This document shows, in pieces, positions 21,501 to 34,500 of a DNA stretch of 64,000 nucleotides. The notes under the pieces were generated by a model that worked only from the letters and a program-made list of their open reading frames with translations, searched no databases and was not told the DNA's origin. A program made the translations under genes and the position numbers. Positions within the stretch are counted from its first letter, which is position 1; each line of letters starts with the position of its first letter. This stretch comes from Eledone cirrhosa (taxonomy: Eukaryota), in the NCBI GenBank assembly GCA_964016885.1, contig OZ024743.1, positions 126,170,001 to 126,234,000 of the forward strand, written 5' to 3'.

Positions 21501-24500
21501 GGAAATGGAGATATGTGCACTGGTAGAGCAAGCCCGCATCATAGCAGAGGATGCCAAGAAGAGTGTTGTGGCAATAGCAGCGACGGAGGCCTGGGGCAGC
21601 CGACAGTGAAATGGCGAAAGGGAGACAAACACGGTGTGCAGTCGCCCGCAAACGTTTAGAGGTTGTTGTTTTAGGTACCAGGGTGCGCACATGGCGAGAG
21701 ACTGTAGAGAGTCAAGGCTGGACACAATTTGCTACCAGTGTAAGCGGCTAGGCCACATTGCTACCAGTTGCGACCAGGGAAATGGTCCAAGGGGGGCTAC
21801 CCCTCGCATGTAGAGGCGCTGCCCATGTTGAAAGTCTTTGTGAAGGGAAAGCCATTACGAGCCCTCGTGGACACGGGCTGTACGACGACAGTAGTGACCA
21901 CGGGGATGGTGCAGAAGTGGAGAGGGAAGAGTAGCGTAAGGGCAGTCGACGGTAGGAAGATTGAATGTCGAGGTCGCAGCAAGGTGGAGATGGTGGTACG
22001 GGGAAAGAAAATAAGGCTTTCGGCCTTTGTGGTCGACTGCGTGGTGGATGGAATTGGCGTATTTATGGGCATGGACGCGATTGGCCATTTAGGAGGTGTC
22101 ACAGTGAACGATGGTGGCATGACATTTGGCGGCGTTGCACCAGTATGCAGTGTGAGTGTGCGACAGGAGAACGAGAAGGCCCACGAGGAAAATTATGCCG
22201 CTTTCACTGTACAGAATAAGGACTTCAAGGCTGTGTTCAACGGGCAACGATGGGTTGTTGAGTGGTACTGGAAGGGAGAACCACCAACACTGAAGAACAA
22301 AGTGGACTGCTATCAGCACACATTGAAAGGAGACACTAGGAGCGAGCGGTAGAGAGATGGGTCGAGGAGGGCATACTGCTTCTCTGGAAAGAGGAGGTGA
22401 AGTGTGGGGTACTGCCGTTAATGGCGGTGGCGCAACCCATGAAGAACAAGGTGAGACCGGTATTGGACTTTTGGGAACTGAATGAGCACGTGTCATGCCA
22501 CATGGGTGGTTAGGTCACAGATGTCTGCGGGGAAACCCTGTGTGAGTGGATACGTATGATGGGGGGGGGGGGGACTTCCACAATCGTTGATTTAAAGTCG
22601 GCATATCTACAGCTATACATGGAGGAGAAGCTGTGACAGTATCAGTTGGTCAGGTATAAGGGCCGGACATATTGCCTGACCAGGCTCGGCTTCGGGCTGA
22701 ACTCTGCACCGAAGACCATGGCGGTGGTCCTCAAGACCATTCTGGGAAAGGCCGACAAGATGAAGAGGGCTACCAATTCTTATATTGACGACATCCTAGT
22801 GGACAAGACTGTTGTGTCGGCGGTGGAGGTCACGACCCATTTACAAGGGTACGGATTGACTGCAAAGCCGTTGGAGGCGTTGGAGGGAGGAACCGCGCTG
22901 GGACTTAGGCTGCGAAGAGATAAGACGGGCATGTTGGTATTTCGGAGGGGAAATGAAATCCCAGAACTGGACCCAAATATGAATAGATGGGAACTCTTCT
23001 CGGTGTGTGGAAAATTGGTGGGTCACTACCCAATCGCTGGGTGGCTCCGGACGGCATGCAGCTATGTCAAGAGACGAGCGGATGGGGTGACTTGGAGTGA
23101 CAAAGTGGGCGAGCGGACAGTGGCCATGATTCAGGACATTGTGGGGATGGTGAAGGCCGACGACCCGGTGCAAGGATGCTGGTATGTCCCTGAATCACAG
23201 AGCGGGACCGTATGGTGTGATGCCAGCAGCATAGCGTTAGGTGTCACGCTGGAGATAAGAGGTGTCGAGGTCGAGGATGCAGCCTGGCTCAAGAAGAAGG
23301 ATGATTGCAACCACATCAATGTGGCCGAGCTGGATGCGGGGTTGAGAGGGGTGAACCTCGCCTTGAGGTGGGGACTGCACACCGTTGAGATTCGCACCGA
23401 CTCGGCCACTGTACTCGGATGGGTGAGGTCAGTGCTTACCAGTGAGAAGAGAGTGCGAACGAGAGGGGCGGCAGAAATGCTGATAAAGCGCCGCCTGGGA
23501 ACTCTAGGAGAGCTGGCCACCGAGTTCGACCTGAGGTTGCGTGTGGTCTTCGTGCCCTCAGAGAAAAATAGAGCAGACGTTCTAACCAGGGTGAAGAAAG
23601 CCTGGATGGAAGCGCCGGAGGATGTAGAAGAGGGGATAGCTGCTGCGTGTCGGCTGAGCGAGTTGGACCTTAAAGGGTTGCATGACATGCACCACATGGG
23701 AGTGGATAGGACCCTGTTCCTAGCCAGGAGAATCGACTCCGACATTAGCAGACACAGTGTCTAGAGAGTGGTCAGAGGCTGCGTCCGATGTCAGTCTATC
23801 GATCCCGCTCTGGGTGTGCACGAGACGGGAAGTCTCCCTGTGGATCGCAACTGAAAGCGATTGGCGGTGGACGTAACGCACTACCGACAGGGAACATACC
23901 TCTCGATGGTTGATTGTGGACCGGGATGGATGGCGATATGGAGGGAAATGAAGACGAGAACTGCGGAGGAAATCACACGGACATTGAGAAAGATATTCTT
24001 GGATGAACTGCTGATGGACAACAGCACAGCATTCCGCTCGGAGGTGCTGAGGGAGATGCTTGATGGTTGGAAGGTGGATCGCTTCTTCAGAGCAGCATAC
24101 AGGCCGAGCGGAAATGGAAATGTGGAGCGACACCACCGCACAATCAAAGCAATGGCGGAGCGGGGGCACATCTCACCAATGGAGGCAGTGTTTTGGTACA
24201 ACATGTCCCCTCGTGTGGAACAGGCAGAGGAATCAGTGCCACACAGAGCGATATACAGATACGAGTGGCGGCACTCGTGTACTGTACCACAATGGCCAGT
24301 GGAGAGAGAGAACGCATTCGTACAGGTGGACGAAGAAGTCTGGGTTAAGCCCCCAGACACACTTGCACATCTCAATGGGGAAAGGGAACGGTAACGGCCG
24401 TAAATTCCCAGAATAACGTGTCCATAGAGTGCCACGTCATATCCTGGATGTCCGTAGAGTCCTTGTGTCGACGGACTCTGAGGAAGAGGAAATCCAAAGT

Positions 24501-25030
24501 GTCGCCCCAACATTATGGAGATCGCAGCGAGATCGCCGACCGCCTGGCTGGACGGCAGATTATCACATGCAGCAGTGTGAGGGGGAGATTGATCCTTGAG
24601 ATCAGGGGGGGGGGGGGGGGGCGTGTGGGGATGGTATGGTGGTGTGGAGGAGGTGACCGGAAGCTGAGGACGATCGACCGGAGGCGGAAGAGGAAGTGAC
24701 ATGAGATGCGTACCCAGGAGCATCTGGGGGCCCTCTTTTAGCTGCGACCCACGAAGAACGGACGTGTGAATGCGAGCTGCAACTGACGAACGGATTATAC
24801 CCACGTGGATGAGGCTAGCTCGCTGAGTGAGCTAGCAGAATTGTGGTAAGTGCAGTAGCTTTCTCATTACACAGTGTAAGTGTGAGAGAAAGGCAGAGCT
24901 TGGACAAGTTGAGGGAGAAACTGGGTTTAAGAGGAATCCAAGGTGGTAACAGGAGAGAAGACTGTGATGGTATGTGATGCATATGAACAATGATCGCTGG
25001 GTGAAGATGTGCCAGGAAGTCCTGGAGGAA
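18530..25030 (+). mobile_element. old decayed RTE LINE interrupted by the LTR element
   Basis: endonuclease remnants (CVQEVRW, YAPQ, GDFNG) at 18900-19500, RT remnants to 20808, C-terminus resumes after 24876. Confidence 0.85.
20809..24871 (+). mobile_element. Ty3/Gypsy LTR retrotransposon, full-length, decayed
   Basis: 248-bp TG...CA LTRs at 20809-21056 and 24624-24871; 5-bp TSD CAGTG; poly-G PPT 24605-24621; two CCHC knuckles, protease LVDTGC, RT YIDD, RNase H WCDAS/ELDA/TDS/ADVLTR, integrase after RNase H (VDV, MDN, NGNVER). Confidence 0.95.
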
Positions 25031-25449
25031 GCGTTTTTATATATATGTACACACACACACACACACACACATATGTAAAATTTTATACATATATATCCAT
25101 GCTAATGTTGCATGCATCATGTTATAAACCATCTTTGTGCACAATATTGTATACATGAATTCAGCAACACTGTTCAAGTTGAAATACATCAAACAATATT
25201 TTTGAAAAAGTTGGAAAAAATGTATAAGGAAAAATAAAATTCAGGAAGGTTTAGTAAAATAATTATATTGCCAAAGTGATATCTGTGAACATATTCATTC
25301 ATTGACAAATTACAAGCTATGCAATGTTACAATTTCAGAAGAATATCAAATAGTTCTAATAGTTGGAATAAGCTATGAGATTGAGAGAAATCCATTGTAT
25401 CCTATTGACTAGAGAATGGTGCTTTTTAATATTGGTTAAGTATACAGGC

Positions 25450-25601
25450 AGCAGCATAGCTGTGTAGAGAGGCAAGGAAAGTTACTTCACAACCAGCTGG
25501 TTTCAGGTTCCATCTCACTCTGTGGCACTTTAGGCAGGTGTCCTGTACTATAACCTCTGGTTGAGCAATGCTCTGAGTGAAATTTGGTAGAAGGAAACTG
25601 C

Positions 25602-25664
<63 letters not shown>

Positions 25665-25722
25665 GCGTATGTGCGTGTGTGTCTGTGTGTGTGTGCATGT
25701 CTGTGTGTGTGTGTGTGTGTGT
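25450..25722 (+). mobile_element. decayed tRNA-like SINE with (TG)n tail
   Basis: GGTTCCATCTCACTCTGTGGCACTTTAGGCAGGTG...GAAATTTGGTAGAAGGAAACTG; related minus-strand copy near 43305-43450. Confidence 0.6.
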
Positions 25723-26037
25723 TTTTGATTATAAGAGATCTATAAAAATATGTACCAGACTTTAAAAAAAATGTATTGGACTGATATGATTGACTAAATC
25801 CTTTCAAGGTGGTGTCCCAGCATACCTGCAGTCTAATGACTGAAATCGATAAAAGAAATAAAATAAAATAAAAATGTTTTTACAGAAATTTTCATATCAA
25901 GACTATTTTCATATAAAATTTTCTTTGAATGAAAACTAAATTTGTTTTTGGCATTAATTGCTAATAAGTACCAATGTTTTTTTGTTGTTTTTTTTACCCG
26001 TCTGCTGTAGCTGGAGAATTCAACATATATTGTTAAT

Positions 26038-26190
26038 TTGCTACTGTAGTTGCTAGCTTGCTACTGTAGTTGCTAACTTGCTACTGTAGTTGCTAGCTTG
26101 CTACTGTAGTTGCTAGCTTGCTACTGTAGTTGCCAGCTTGCTACTGTAGTTGCTAGCTTGCTACTGTAGTTGCTAGCTTGCTACTGTAGC
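26038..26190. repeat. 20-bp minisatellite, ~7.5 copies
   Basis: unit CTACTGTAGTTGCTAGCTTG. Confidence 0.95.
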
Positions 26191-28479
26191 TGTCAACCTT
26201 TTGCTCTTACCATTTTACCATCGTCACTGTTTCAGTACTTTTGAATAGAGGAAGGGGAAAACCAAGAAAGACATGGCTGAAGATGATGCAGGAAGAAATG
26301 TAAGCCAAGGAGTTGGTGAACAGGGATGCAGCTGTTTGGGCAAAATGGAGAAAATTGCCATGAGGTCCTGCAAAGCTAAAACCCTGCTGTCTCACTTCAC
26401 ATAAATTTAGGTGTGCAATGGCCAAAGCAAGGACTCAAACTGTAGAGTGGGAAACGCATTTGTAGTGTGTGTGCGTGTGTCCTCCCCCTTAATTAACAAG
26501 GATGATAGGCCAGTGGAAATTTTCACTTCTTCATACTTGTGCTTCAGGGCAACTCCTCCCACATGTTATGCCTCTGCAGGTGTGTGTGTGTGTGTGTTTC
26601 ATTGAGTATTCATTTTTTTTAAATATACATCATCATCATTTTACATTTGGTTTCCATGCTTGTATGGGTTGGACGGGAATTTTCCAGCATAATTTCTTTC
26701 CATTCATTACATTCCTTTGTCATTTTCTCTGTGAGGTTTAGTGATTTAAGATCAGCTCTCACCACCTCAGATGTTCTTCGGTCTTCCTGTACAGCTTCCT
26801 TCCACTAGAATTTCTTGACACTTCTTCACCCAACAATTATTATCAATATGCATATGATATTCTGGACAGAATGTTAATGTCTGAAGTTTAATATGGCATA
26901 TAATAAATACTATTTTTTATATAAAAAAGGAAAAAAATAAATCAGAGAAATCTGTACATTATTCATCATATGATGAAAATTATCAACAACCATAACGAGA
27001 ACTCTGTAAGAAAGGTTATATTATAATTTTAAAATCTGTACATGTTATGGTCTTTTTATATTCCCAGACAATGAATATGGTGATGGTATGTGTTCATGTT
27101 TAGTTTTGGACTTGGATTTGCTTTATGATAGTAATATTTCTTTTTTTAAGGTTAAGAAAATCAATAAAAAAAAACATTTTCAACTGGCATATTTTGAGAT
27201 AGTCACTAACATTGGTTCCTGGCTCTGAGAGTCAGGTGAAAACTATGCATTGATGAGCTGGAGGGAGTGGACGATATCACAGCTTGAAGTGGGAAGCATG
27301 TTGGTTTCAGATATTTTTTACCACAAAGAAAATAATCTGCAAAAGAAAATTAATTTTACTTAAAGTAATGAGTAAAAAAAAAAATCTGGTAAGTTTTTCA
27401 TTTTATTGCAATGAATATTTTATATTGCAGTCATTCACAGTCATTTCAGTAATCTTTTAATCTAAAGGAATTTCCCAATGAGCTCTGGCTTTTGAAAGGC
27501 CTGTCTCCTCAACAAACTCATAGACCTCAGTACTACCTTTGCAGATCGTCAGTTTAACCACAGTCTTATTGAATGTATATTAGGAGGAGAGGAGACAGCA
27601 TTAATTATTAACATCATGTACCACATGACACGACTATAGCAAGACTTAAAAATTACAAAGAGGTACTATGTGTAAGTAAACAACCACATTCATATTTTGT
27701 AAATGTCTTATCTAAGTATTTATCTATAGACTGAAAAGAGTGAATGACCTGACTCAAGTTTTAATTCTAGCTGGAATCACCACAAGGGGCTGTGCACACT
27801 TCCCAATCTACAGAATAATGCATAACTAATGGTCTTAGAAGTCCACCAAATATAGTAGTATCTGTGATCTGGAGGTTCCAATTTGCATATTGAACCCAGT
27901 ACACTCTGTAAAATGGGTGGTGTTAGGAAAGTCATCATCGAGCTATAGAAACCATGCCAAACAAAGTGTTGAGAAGTCTTTTCAGTTTGTATGAAGGACA
28001 TGACAACATTCCTAATGCTGGCACCATGATAAAATGCACACAGTACACTTTGTAAGGTGGTCAGTGATAGGAAGGGGTTCTAGCTGTAAAACTCATGCCA
28101 AAACCAGAATGTATATAAGCAAGATGTAGTTCCCTGGCCCATCTGAGAGGAAAGTCGATCTGGTTAAGAGTGAATTGGTTTGTGACAACCCATCCAACCT
28201 GTGTCAGCATGGAAAAACAGACATTAAATTATGGTAATGATGATGATGATTATGCTACTTAGGTAGGTAACTAATTCAATTTTTTAATATCAAGAATATT
28301 AAACATCATGTTTACAGCTTTGAGAAACTATTAATTACAGAAGACACTCCCTATAATTATGTTTACATATATTTTATCTACTTAAATAGACTGTTCAAGG
28401 TTAATAAGAAGTTTTAATTCAGAATTTCTTAAAACCTCTTTCATACAAAAGCATTTGAAAAGTGTAGTTACCACTGAAG

Positions 28480-28591
28480 TCACTTATCTCTCATAGCATT
28501 CATACGACATTGAACTGCTTTCAAGATCTGAGATTCTACCCCAGATCTCTGAGTATTGATTTCAGCACTGCCAACTTGGCTATCTTCATAC
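28480..28591 (-). CDS. PARP6: PARP6/8 last coding exon (YEDSQVGSAEINTQ...NAMRDK*)
   Basis: tttcag acceptor; 112 nt ending at TGA 28482-28480. Confidence 0.9.
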
Positions 28592-31500
28592 CTGAAAATA
28601 AATAAAAGACGTTTAGAAAGATTTCATCATATAAAAAATGTTACTTACGTAAAAGTTTTACATATGAAATCTAACAACAAGAACATAGCCACTGCCCACA
28701 AGATTAATGTGGAAAACTACATGGGCTACCAAATATAAATTTACTTTTAATTGTCATGGAGGCACATGGCTTAGTGGTTAGAGCATTGGCCTTGCAATCG
28801 AAAGGTTGTGAGTTCAATTCTCAGACCGGGTGGTGTGTTGTTTCCTTGAGCAAGACACTTTATTTCACATTGCTCCAGTTTACTCAGCTGTAGAAATGAG
28901 ATGATAGGGACTGAGGTCCTTATCGTTCCACTGCAAAGTGGTCGTGTAGGTGCCACGGCAAAAAAGCACCCAGCACTCACTGTAAATGAGGTTGGTGTTA
29001 GGAAGGGCATCCAGCTGTAGAAATCAAGCCAGAATCAGTTCCCGTCCCACCCTTGCAAGCAGGGAAAAGCGGACGTAAAATGAAATGATGATGAAATGAT
29101 GATGTCTTATATGACATAAAAATCAGCATGGCCCACCAAAACTTTGATATTGTTTATCTGGACCAGGCAGTGTATAACTAATCAAAAGGTCTTGTAACTG
29201 TCCTCTGTTTACAAACAGAGATCAAATTTCCTTCCTCTAAACATGTAAATTAATTCTTAATTTCTTCAAATTATCTCCTCTTTCTTTTGAGAGTTACTAA
29301 CAATTACTACTAGATTTTTGTTTTCTGTTTTAAACACAAATTTCAATCAGTTTAGATTTTTTTTTTTTTTTTGCATACATCATTCTGTATATCACTACTT
29401 AACCAATTGATATTTTCAATCCTGTTTCCTGCATACAGGTTCCATTTTACATTATAAATATTTTGTAAAAATTAAGTATTACAAAAACTGATGTTAACCC
29501 CTTTGTTACCATATATCTAATGAAAGACATTGCCTATGATTTTCAAATAATTTTGAAAACAACCAAGAATTTGAAGAGATTTAATAATGTAACTAACTTT
29601 CTCATTATTAAGCTGGTATTTGGAATATAACCTAACAAAGGTTCTTAGATTAATTATGATGGCTTTTTATAGATAAATATAAATATTATACTTTCAAATA
29701 AACAGCTTGTGTCATAGAACTATGTGCAATTAAAGAAGAGCTGCTGTCAAGAGTTAATTATTATTTTTAATATGTAAACTGAGAATTTACAGATTATATC
29801 AAGTTAATTTTTCAGGTAAAAATACCTATAAAAAACGAAAGGAATCAATCATCAAATCAGACCCAGGAATCAATGCTTCCATTGGTCTTTCCATCGCTGA
29901 TAGTATCAGATGGTCACTACTCCAGACAAGTGATGGGATTCAAAATTAAAACATACAGTGCTGGATCAGATAAGGCAAAGGATCCTGTCTGACTCATGAA
30001 CAATTCTGCCAATCCACTTTGCCAGGACTGGTTATTTATTTATCAGCACCAGAATATTGAAAGTTAAAATTGGCCGCAGTAGGATTGGAACTGAGAGTAC
30101 AGTGAGCTGGAACAAACACCAAAACCTTTAATCTGATACACTAACAATTTTCTCAATTCCCTACATAACAAACATGTTATTTGACTAAATTTAAAATAGA
30201 ATTTCTTTTTAAAATTGTCATTATCTAAGTAATTCCTAGTTAGAAGAAATATGTAATTCATACTTACACAAAGAAAAATCTTGTACACACATATTCACTT
30301 TTTGTACACACCCAGACATTGCCATGTTTTTCCAACTCAGGAGCTTTGACAACTACAATGAAATGTAAAGAACTATATTAACACAAGGGTAAAAAGGTGA
30401 AGCAGAGGTCCTAATAACAATAGGGGAAAAAATAGATCTTAATAACAATAGGGGCAAATGATAGTTCTTAATAGTAATAGGGGTAAAAGATAGATCTTAA
30501 CATTAATAGAGGCAAAAGACAGGTCTTAATAGTAATAGAGGCAAAAGATAGATCTTTATAATAATAGGGACAACTGATAGGTCTTAATAGTAATAGGGGT
30601 AAAAGATAGGTCCTAACAACATGAAAGCATCAGCCTACGTGATGATGGGCAGATGTGGAAGTTTATTAAGGCTGGTGAAACATGGAAAAGAGATACCAGC
30701 TGGTCTGAAAACACTGTACCCTCAACAAATGGCAATAAAAAAACTGAAAAAACTCAGGGAAACTAAATCAGAACAACCTGCCATCCCCTGCACATATCAT
30801 AGACTGAAATCAAGGTACAAATTGTTGTCCTTAAATGCATGTAGTCTATGCAATAAGATAAATCTTTTTTACTTCTACGTCAAAATTATTGACCCTGACT
30901 TCATTAGTCCCGGAAACATGGGCACATTCCTTACTCTGTGATAGGGATTTCAGCATAACTGGCTACAACTTGTTTCGCAAAGACCGCATTAATCGTGGTG
31001 GTGGTGGTGTGATGGTCTACGTTCGTCAGCAATTCCTTGCGTTGATTTGAACCAATCGCAGCAAGAAGTATTTTTCTGCGATATACATATGACCATGTCA
31101 ACACTGCTACTTGGAGTCGTTTACCGTCCCCCAAATTACCATCAGGACACTCAACTTTGCGATATCCTCAGAGCTACTGCCAAGCAAACAGCCACTTATG
31201 TTTTTATTGCAGGAGACTTCAATCACCCTGAGATTGACTGGGAAACCCTTTGTTGGCCACAAAGTGCAAATGACTTCCTTGAGCTAGTGCTGGACTCGAA
31301 CTGGTCCCAAGTAGTCACTTCCCCAACAAGAGGTGACAACACTTTGGATCCACTCTTCACCACTACTCCTGAAATGGTTATTAGTGTTACTACTGAGGAA
31401 CCTTTAGGTGACTCTGATCATGCTATGATCATTGCCAATCTGTCCCTCATGGGTAGTAACAAAAACCACAACCATCTCCAAACTGCTCACTTTGACTGGA

Positions 31501-34500
31501 ATAGAGCAGACTGGAACTGTTACTGGCTTGAATTTTATGACTCTGGAGATGTCAACACTGTACTCCAGAACATCTTCAACTAAATATGGACAACATGTGC
31601 AGAATCGGTGCCACGTAAGCAGAAAAAACATCTCAAAAGTGTAATTTGGGAGACTGCAGCAGTCCGTCTTGCCAGGAAAGAACGTTGTAATGCTGAACGT
31701 GAGTACAAACTGCATAAATCAGATATCAATAGGAAAAAGCGAAATAAATCATCCAACCATCTCAAGCTGGTGACAAAAAAGGCAGTGCTTGAGTTTGAAC
31801 AATGCATAGCAACCAACCCTGACAGTAAGGTGTTTGGGAAGTATGTACACTCAAAGCAGAGGCCTCACTCTCCAGTTGGTCCTCTTCGCAATCCCCACAC
31901 AAGCCAGATTACTGACGACTCCAACGAATGCGCAGAACTCATTGTTGAAGACCAAACTGTACCATCTCCACCACCTCTGACTTCGGATTCTATTACAACT
32001 ATGGAATTTACACCTGCAATGCTGCGGTGTCACCTTAAAAATAAATGCAACCATGCCTCTCCTGGTCTTGATGGTGTTATGTACCTGCTTCTCAAACGTG
32101 GTGGGTACTTCCTTCTGCACCAGCTATCACGCTTCTTTCAATTCTATCTGAACAACAGTGCTACTCCAGTGGAAAACTGCCAGTGTCATTCCTCTGTTCA
32201 AAAAGGGTGACCGCATATCACCTGTCAACTATCGTCCAGTCAGTCTTACTAGCTGCATTGCCAAACTGATGGAATCCTATGTCAGAGAAACACTTTGGAA
32301 CTTCTGGAACTCTCACAGTCTTATCTAGCCCTCGCAATTTGGATTTATCCCTAACTGCAGTTGCTGTGATCAAATTATCAAGTTTCTTGAAGACATCACC
32401 CGGATCACTGATGGCGGATCATGGGTGGATGTTGTTTACCATGACTTTGCTAAAGCTTTCAATTCTGTGCAACACAAAAAACTTATGGCAAAACTCTCTG
32501 CATTGGGTGTGAAGTATGATCTTTTTAACTGGTTGAAGTCATTCATTCTCAGTCGAAGAGCGGTAGTCACTGTTCTAGGACAGCATTCCTCACCGTATGA
32601 GATTTCATCTGGTGTACCACAGGGATCTGTTCTTGGTCCCCTTTTGTTTGTGGCATATATTTATGACATAGATGCCAACTTAAAGAATGCCACAGTACTG
32701 AAATATGCAGATGACATCAAGCTGAACCTTGAAATAAAAAGGACAGATCCTGAACACTATAGATCTTGCCTGCAATCAGACCTGGACACAATGCAACAAT
32801 GGATCACAGACTCGCAACTCAAGTTGGCTGTGGACAAGTGTACCACCATGCATTTTGGGAGTAAAAACCCAGTGTCCACATACTCCCTCCACAACACTAA
32901 TATCAAGAAGTCTTCTTCTGAACGTGACCTGGGCATTACTGTTAGCAGCGATTTGCGTTGGACGAAGCACGTCTCTAAAATTGTCAAGAAGGCCGAGGGT
33001 GTCTTAGCATCACTCAGCAAGACCTTTGTCAGCTGCTCTCCAGCTATCAATTTAAAGCTGTATGTAGCTTTGGTGTGCCCACACTTAGAATTTGCATCCC
33101 CAGTCTGGAACCCCTATCTTGCTCAGAGCATTGACCGCCTGGAAACTGTTCAGAGATGTGCAACCAAGCAAATACCCTCCATCAGACATCTACCATACTC
33201 TGAACGCCTTGCTTCCCTGGGCTTGGATACATTGAAGCTCCGATGTCTGGCAACTGACTTGATAAACACCCACAAAATGATAAACCATCTTGCCAACAAC
33301 AACCCTGAGCACCTTTTTGATTTCCATGTGTCTAACACATGTGGGCATGCCTACAAAGTCAGAAAACAGCACAGCTTCCATGACTTTCAGAAACATTTTT
33401 TCACGCTCATTGTTGCAGAAGCATGGAACAAACTACCTGCATCAGTTGTTAGCTGTCGGGACACTGCGTCCTTTAAAATCTCCATGCTTCCTGAGATTCG
33501 CTAACACTACACCTGATGTACCCCCTCCATACATACGCACACATATATTTCATGTCTCGTACACTGTTCATTTTCCTGACATTTGTACAGTATTCTATGT
33601 ACTATACATGTACCTTTGATGAGTTGTAGTGCACCTGAGCACTGTACACAATAATTTCATTATTATTATTATTATTAACAATAGCAGAAAAAATAAATTC
33701 TAACAGCAATAGAGACAAAAGATAAATCCTAATGGATATAAGATCAAAATATAGGACCTAATAACAATAGAGAAAAATATAGGTCCTAATAGTAATAGGA
33801 TTAAAATATAGGTTCTAATGAAATAGTAGGACCAAAAGATAGGTTCTAAAAGCAATGGGGCCGAAAGATAGACCCTAACAACAATAGGTGCAAAATATAG
33901 CTCATAATAACAATGGGGCAAAATGAACGTTCTAATAACAATAGGCCCTAATAAGAAATCTATGCTTTAGATTTATCTAAGCCATTGATTTAAAATATTT
34001 AATGGCAATTGTTAAAGAATTTGAAATTAAAATCTTTTCCAGATAAGCATATGCAGCCATGTGGTCTAGTAGGTAGGAAGTTGGGATCATGATCATAAGG
34101 TTGTAAATTTCGTTTTCTTAAGACTATCAATTGTTCCATGTTGGTAATTTGTTCCACCCACACCCTCCCCCAAGCATGGCAATAAAGCCAATAAATTGCA
34201 AAGGATTACTGAAAAGGTCAAGACAATGAGAATATAATTCAAGAAGAAAGATGATGATTGATGTTGCTTTGGGGATTTTTACAAATTGCAGTGGTCAGGA
34301 AAGCAAGAAGCCAGAAAAGAAGTCTATAGCAGAGATGTGTGAAGGAAGAAATTATCAGAATAGTATTTGCAAATGCATTTAGGAACTTCAATTGTAAATG
34401 GATGAGACCTAACTGCTAATCTGGTGCTCCATTTAAATCTGCATTGTTGGCCCTATTTCTTGGAGGAAGCTAATTTATCGAGTGATGCTCATGAGGGTGC

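Noticed and set aside
23881-24804. 307-aa antisense ORF over integrase and LTR
   Set aside because: Shadow of GC-rich pol sequence; no recognisable motif
26038-26190. CRISPR-like periodic repeat
   Set aside because: No unique spacers, eukaryotic context; simple minisatellite
28758-28830. tRNA gene
   Set aside because: A/B boxes run on into a SINE body with an RTE tail; no proper acceptor stem or terminator
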